This document shows positions 59,997 to 64,000 of a stretch of 64,000 nucleotides of DNA, in pieces. The position numbers were made by a program, and so were the translations under genes. The stretch spans positions 79,221-143,220 of the forward strand of contig CAWIIQ010000004.1 in NCBI GenBank assembly GCA_963836185.1, in the 5' to 3' direction. This DNA is from Candidatus Krumholzibacteriia bacterium (lineage in GTDB: Bacteria > Krumholzibacteriota > Krumholzibacteriia > Krumholzibacteriales > Krumholzibacteriaceae). The notes under the pieces are model-generated. The model had not been told where the DNA came from, ran no database searches, and saw only the letters and a list, made by a program, of their open reading frames with translations. Position 1 is the first letter of the stretch. Every line of letters begins with the position of its first letter.

Positions 59997-60112
59997 TAAA
60001 TAATCAATGAGATACGAGAATTGTCCGCAGGCCTGCAGCAGTATGTGCTCTTCCCGGCATCACCGCTCTTTACACAAAGACTCTTTTCAAATATATTCGT
60101 GGCCAACAGGTT

Positions 60113-62338
60113 ATGAACGAACAAGTAACAGATAACGGCCAGGTCGAGGAAGCTCCCAAGTTCGGGACCTTCATCGGCGTCTTCACGCCCAGTGTGCTGA
60201 CGATCCTCGGTCTGATCATGTACCTGAGGTTCGGCTGGGTCGTGGGCAACCTCGGGCTGCCGCTCACTATTATCGTCGTTCTTGTCGCTAGCTCCATCAC
60301 CTTCATCACGGGACTGAGCGCCTCGGCGATCGCGACCAACATGAGGGTCGGCGTCGGCGGTGAGTATTTTATGATCGCGCACAGCCTTGGCCTCGAACTG
60401 GGCGGCGCTATAGGCATACCTCTCTACCTCTGCCGCACATTGAGTGTCACCTTCTACAGCTTCGGGCTTGCCGAGAGCCTCGTGATCCTCTGGCCCGCCG
60501 CCTGGGGGGCCATTCCCGTATTCATGGTGCAGCTTCTCGCGGCGATCATCATAGTCATCATCACGATACTTTCGGGAAAGAGCGCATCACTCGCCCTGAA
60601 ACTCCAGATCCCGATAATGATCGCGGTCGGGCTCTCCCTTCTGGCGCTCTTCGCCGGGGTCCTGACGAAAGGCATGCATGCGCCCGAGATGGTCGCGACA
60701 TACAGGTCGGCTCCCGAGGGGTTCTGGTATGTATTCGCTGTATTTTTCCCCGCGGTGACGGGATTTACCGCCGGAATAGGGATGAGCGGGGACCTGAAGG
60801 ACCCGAGCCGCAGCATTCCGAAGGGCACTCTCCTGGCGGTCATGACAGGGGCGGCGGTATACCTGGCCGTGCCATTCTTTCTCTCGATCACCTCGGCGGT
60901 AAGCAGCGACACACTCGCTTCAAGAGGGGCCCAGGCCTGGACCCTTATATGTATCGGCGGCCCCATCCTCGTTTTCGCCGGTATGTGGGGCGCGATCCTC
61001 TCCTCGGCTTTCGGAAGCGTGCTCTCCGGCCCGAGGGTGCTGCAGGCCCTCTCTCAGGACGGCCTCGCGCCGAGGTTCCTTTCAAAGCTCTCCAGGAGCG
61101 GGCAGCCAACGGTCGCGACATGGCTCACCGGGGCGCTGGCCCTCTCGGCGGTACTGCTCGGAAATCTCAACGCTGTCGCCCAGTACGTGACGGTCCTGTT
61201 CCTTACCCTCTATGTGATCATCAACCTCAGCGCCGCTGTCGAGAAACTCGTCGGCGATCCTTCATACAGGCCGACGATAAACGTCCCGTGGTATGTCTCT
61301 CTGGTCGGCTCGCTTGGCGCACTCTTTGTGATGTTCCTTCTCAACCCTCTCGCCTGTCTCGTCGCGGTCCTGATCGAGGTAGTCCTCTTCATGTACCTCA
61401 GGCGAAAGACTCTGGGAAAAAGATGGGGGGATGTAAGGGCCGGGGCCTACCTCTCGATGGCGAGGTTCGCCCTGCTCAAGCTGAAGAAGCATACCCTCGA
61501 TTCGCGTAACTGGCGCCCTCATACGATCGTCTTCACCGAGGATGCCGAGAAGGAAACGGACCTCGTGTATGTGGCGAACTGCTTTAACCAGAACCATGGG
61601 ATCGTGACGGTCACAAGGATAATAGAGGGACATTTCGACGAACTCGACATCGATGTCGATCATGAGGGAGCCGAGATGAACCGCGCCCTCAAATCGAAGC
61701 ACCTCGTCGGTTTCTGTGAGGTACACGTGGCCCCCGACTTCGTCACCGGAGCATTGAATATCGCGCAGGCGAACGGTATCGCCGGGCTTCACTCCAATAC
61801 TCTGATGTTCGGCTGGCCCGCGAAGAAGGAAAAGCTCATCGCCGAGCTCGAGATCATGAGTGCGGTCTCGAAGATCGAGAAGAACACACTTATCTGCAGG
61901 CTGAGGCATATCCAGCAGAAAAGGCATAACAAGAGGATCGATCTCTGGTGGGGAGGGCTCGAGAACAATGGCGACCTGATGCTCCTTCTCGCCCACATGA
62001 TGAGGATGAATCCGGCCTGGGAGAAGGCAAGGATCAAGATACATTCGATAGTCGAGAACGAGGAGGAGAGGGAGGACCAGATCGAGAGCCTCCTCGAGCT
62101 TATCGAATCGACGAGGATAGAAGCTGAGGCAGAGGTGATACTCAGGCCTCCCGATACTTCGATACAGGATATCATAACGGTAAGCAGCATCGGGGCCGAC
62201 CTCGTCTTCATGGGACTGATGATCCCCGAAAAGGAAGCGATGGAAGGTTACGCCGACTGGCTGATAGAATTCTCCGAGAACCTCGGATCTGTCATATTCG
62301 TAAGGAACGCGAGCAGGTTCGCCGGCAGCCTCGTGTAG
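60113..62338 (+). CDS. SLC12-like cation-chloride cotransporter / amino acid permease
   Basis: FGTFIGVFTPSVLTILGLIMYLRFGWVVG, GGEYFMI..SLG, FFPAVTGFTAG..MSGDL, RNWRP, IDLWWGGLENNGDLM. Confidence 0.88.
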   Translation: MNEQVTDNGQVEEAPKFGTFIGVFTPSVLTILGLIMYLRFGWVVGNLGLPLTIIVVLVASSITFITGLSASAIATNMRVGVGGEYFMIAHSLGLELGGAIGIPLYLCRTLSVTFYSFGLAESLVILWPAAWGAIPVFMVQLLAAIIIVIITILSGKSASLALKLQIPIMIAVGLSLLALFAGVLTKGMHAPEMVATYRSAPEGFWYVFAVFFPAVTGFTAGIGMSGDLKDPSRSIPKGTLLAVMTGAAVYLAVPFFLSITSAVSSDTLASRGAQAWTLICIGGPILVFAGMWGAILSSAFGSVLSGPRVLQALSQDGLAPRFLSKLSRSGQPTVATWLTGALALSAVLLGNLNAVAQYVTVLFLTLYVIINLSAAVEKLVGDPSYRPTINVPWYVSLVGSLGALFVMFLLNPLACLVAVLIEVVLFMYLRRKTLGKRWGDVRAGAYLSMARFALLKLKKHTLDSRNWRPHTIVFTEDAEKETDLVYVANCFNQNHGIVTVTRIIEGHFDELDIDVDHEGAEMNRALKSKHLVGFCEVHVAPDFVTGALNIAQANGIAGLHSNTLMFGWPAKKEKLIAELEIMSAVSKIEKNTLICRLRHIQQKRHNKRIDLWWGGLENNGDLMLLLAHMMRMNPAWEKARIKIHSIVENEEEREDQIESLLELIESTRIEAEAEVILRPPDTSIQDIITVSSIGADLVFMGLMIPEKEAMEGYADWLIEFSENLGSVIFVRNASRFAGSLV

Positions 62339-62381
62339 GGGCCGGTGGAGATGTTCAACAGGCATGGAAAGGAAGGATGAT

Positions 62382-62784
62382 ATGAGACACATACTCTGTC
62401 ATCGTGGCGGTTCTGATCGCCGCCGCGGGCGGCGCCTCCGCCGAGGAAGGCGGACTGACCGTCGAGAAGATGATCTTCTGCACAGGCATCGAGGATATGC
62501 TCCCGGTGGGGGAGAGCACACAGTTCTTCGAGTCAGTCGAGAGGATATACTGCTACACGAGGATCAACGGCGCTGCCGATACCCTCGAGGTGACCCACGT
62601 CTGGTTCTACGGCGACGAGGAGAAGGCCCGGGTGCCGCTGACGATCAAGTCGGCCTCTTGGAGGACCTGGTCCTCGAAGAAGATGCTGGACGGATGGGCC
62701 GGAGTGTGGCGCGTAGATATCCTCGGTCCCGACGGAGAGGTGCTGCTGAGCAGGGAGTTTGTCTACAAGCCTGTGGACGAATAG
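62382..62784 (+). CDS. DUF2914-domain secreted protein (frameshift in the signal peptide)
   Basis: IYCYTRI, VTHVWF, SWRTWSSK, GVWRVDI. Confidence 0.8.
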
Positions 62785-62796
62785 AAGCGGCTGATC

Positions 62797-62997
62797 TCAG
62801 CCGCCGTGGGCGAGGTGGAAGACGCCGACCTTCGAGCCGTCGTTTACTGTGCGGGTATCGTAGTCATGCTCGGGAACGAGCGTTCCCTCTATAGTCACCG
62901 TGATAAGGGCGTAATCGTAGCTCATCGCGTCGAGCACATCCTGGACGGTCATGCCCTCACGCCACTCGACCTTGTCGCGGTTGTTTACCAGTATCAT
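62797..62997 (-). CDS. thiS: Sulfur carrier protein, ThiS/MoaD family
   Basis: 66 aa, ubiquitin-like, C-terminal GG. Confidence 0.85.
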   Translation of the reverse strand: MILVNNRDKVEWREGMTVQDVLDAMSYDYALITVTIEGTLVPEHDYDTRTVNDGSKVGVFHLAHGG

Positions 62998-63599
62998 TCC
63001 TTGTCTCCGGTGAGCAGGCCTATCGCCACGTTCGCCTCCATGCTCGCCGCCATCATGACGCGCGCCGCGCAGAGCCCCATAGTCATCTCCGACTGCTCGT
63101 CACCGCATACATGGATGTTTCCCGAGGAGTGGACACGCATCTCTTCAGTATGCCCGCATCCGGAGACACCGCTCGCGGCAACGACCGGCCTGTCGGGGTA
63201 AGCGATGCACCACGACTCGATGAGCCATTTCTTGCTGTCGGCGCTGTCGAAGGCCTCGATCAGCAGGTCGGCTTCCTCGTAGATGCCGGGAAGGTTCTCT
63301 GGAGTCAGCTCGAGGTCATGGAGGACGAGCTCGACATCTGGATTGATTGCCCTGAGGTGGGAGGCAAGGGCCGAAACCTTCTTCTTGCCGATATCGTCCT
63401 GGAAGTAGTGCTGGCGGTTGAGGTTCGATGCCTCGACGACATCGTGGTCGGCGAGGATAAGCCGGCCGATGCCTGCGCGTACCAGCGCCACAGCCGCGTT
63501 CGAGCCGAGCCCTCCGCAGCCGGCGATACCGACCGTCGCGCCCTGCAGCTTCTCCGTGCTCCCGGGGACGTTTCTTTCGAATATCGGGTTCTTTTCCAT
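62994..63599 (-). CDS. thiF: Sulfur-carrier adenylyltransferase, ThiF family
   Basis: VGIAGCGGLGSN, DHDVVEASNLNRQ, EAFD. Confidence 0.88.
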   Translation of the reverse strand: MEKNPIFERNVPGSTEKLQGATVGIAGCGGLGSNAAVALVRAGIGRLILADHDVVEASNLNRQHYFQDDIGKKKVSALASHLRAINPDVELVLHDLELTPENLPGIYEEADLLIEAFDSADSKKWLIESWCIAYPDRPVVAASGVSGCGHTEEMRVHSSGNIHVCGDEQSEMTMGLCAARVMMAASMEANVAIGLLTGDKE

Positions 63600-63614
63600 G
63601 CCGTGAATATACAT

Positions 63615-63651
63615 GAAGTCCCGCCCCTTGTGAAGAAAAGGACGGGACTTC
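63615..63651 (-). other. Intergenic stem-loop between aor and thiF (no U-tract)
   Basis: On -: gaagtcccgtccttt...aaggggcgggacttc, about 15 bp with G-U pairs. Confidence 0.6.
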
Positions 63652-63671
63652 GTTGAAAAACCGGGAAAAAT

Positions 63672-64000
63672 CTATTCCTGGTCATCCTTGACTATCTCGA
63701 CGAGCCTCGGCATGTCGATGCCGAGCTCTTTCAGTCTTTCGATCTTCGGGACGCCGTTGCGTGTCCAGCCCCTCTTGTCGTAGGCGGCGTCGACGACGCT
63801 GTTGTACTGGGCCATCCTGTACTCGCGGATAGCGGCGAGCTTATCCTCGGTCGATCTGCCCTTCGTGTCGAATCCGGCGAGCTCCTCGAGCTGTTTGTCG
63901 TATCGCTCGGCGCGCGATTCGTACTCCTCGGCGGTGACAGGGCCGACCGCCCTCATCGGGGGCATGTCGTCCTTTCGCAGGCCGAATCCGAACATCCTCG
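63672..64000 (-). CDS. aor: Aldehyde:ferredoxin oxidoreductase, C-terminal part (partial)
   Basis: DMPPMRAVGPVT..EYESR, DAAYDKRGWTRNGVPKIERLKELG. Confidence 0.8.
   Translation of the reverse strand, partial: RMFGFGLRKDDMPPMRAVGPVTAEEYESRAERYDKQLEELAGFDTKGRSTEDKLAAIREYRMAQYNSVVDAAYDKRGWTRNGVPKIERLKELGIDMPRLVEIVKDDQE

Overview
This is a GC-rich bacterial chromosome segment, most likely from an anaerobic diderm of the FCB superphylum. That placement (Krumholzibacteriota/Eisenbacteria-like) is inferred from the FlgD-Ig/T9SS-type C-terminus, Tol-Pal, Rnf and a tungsten-type AOR. I found no rRNA, tRNA, CRISPR array, transposase or integrase. The left half is mostly core genes: a PLP aminotransferase, pgeF, thrC, tolQRAB-pal-cpoB plus two CNNM genes, an aromatic amino-acid ammonia-lyase, a BlaI/BlaR(M56)-TonB_C pair, a Cas4/AddB-like nuclease, acpS, a complete rnfABCDGE operon, apbE, pgi, ftcd and rmuC. 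From about 33.7 kb there is a long run of short, mostly co-oriented accessory genes. It includes an Nqr-like nqrBCDEF operon lacking nqrA, followed by a Cys/His-containing hypothetical gene. The window ends with a GH57-like secreted enzyme, an SLC12-like cotransporter and aor-thiF-thiS. About 15 genes carry single-base frameshifts, most likely long-read indel errors. The best leads are: (1) the NqrA-less Nqr module coexisting with Rnf; (2) an apbE-linked CX4CH cytochrome c, His-rich membrane protein and unannotated 31-aa peptide; (3) an ammonia-lyase whose MIO-forming triad is Ala-Cys-Gly; (4) a DUF4384-type protein with a CxxCH motif and a long low-complexity tail.
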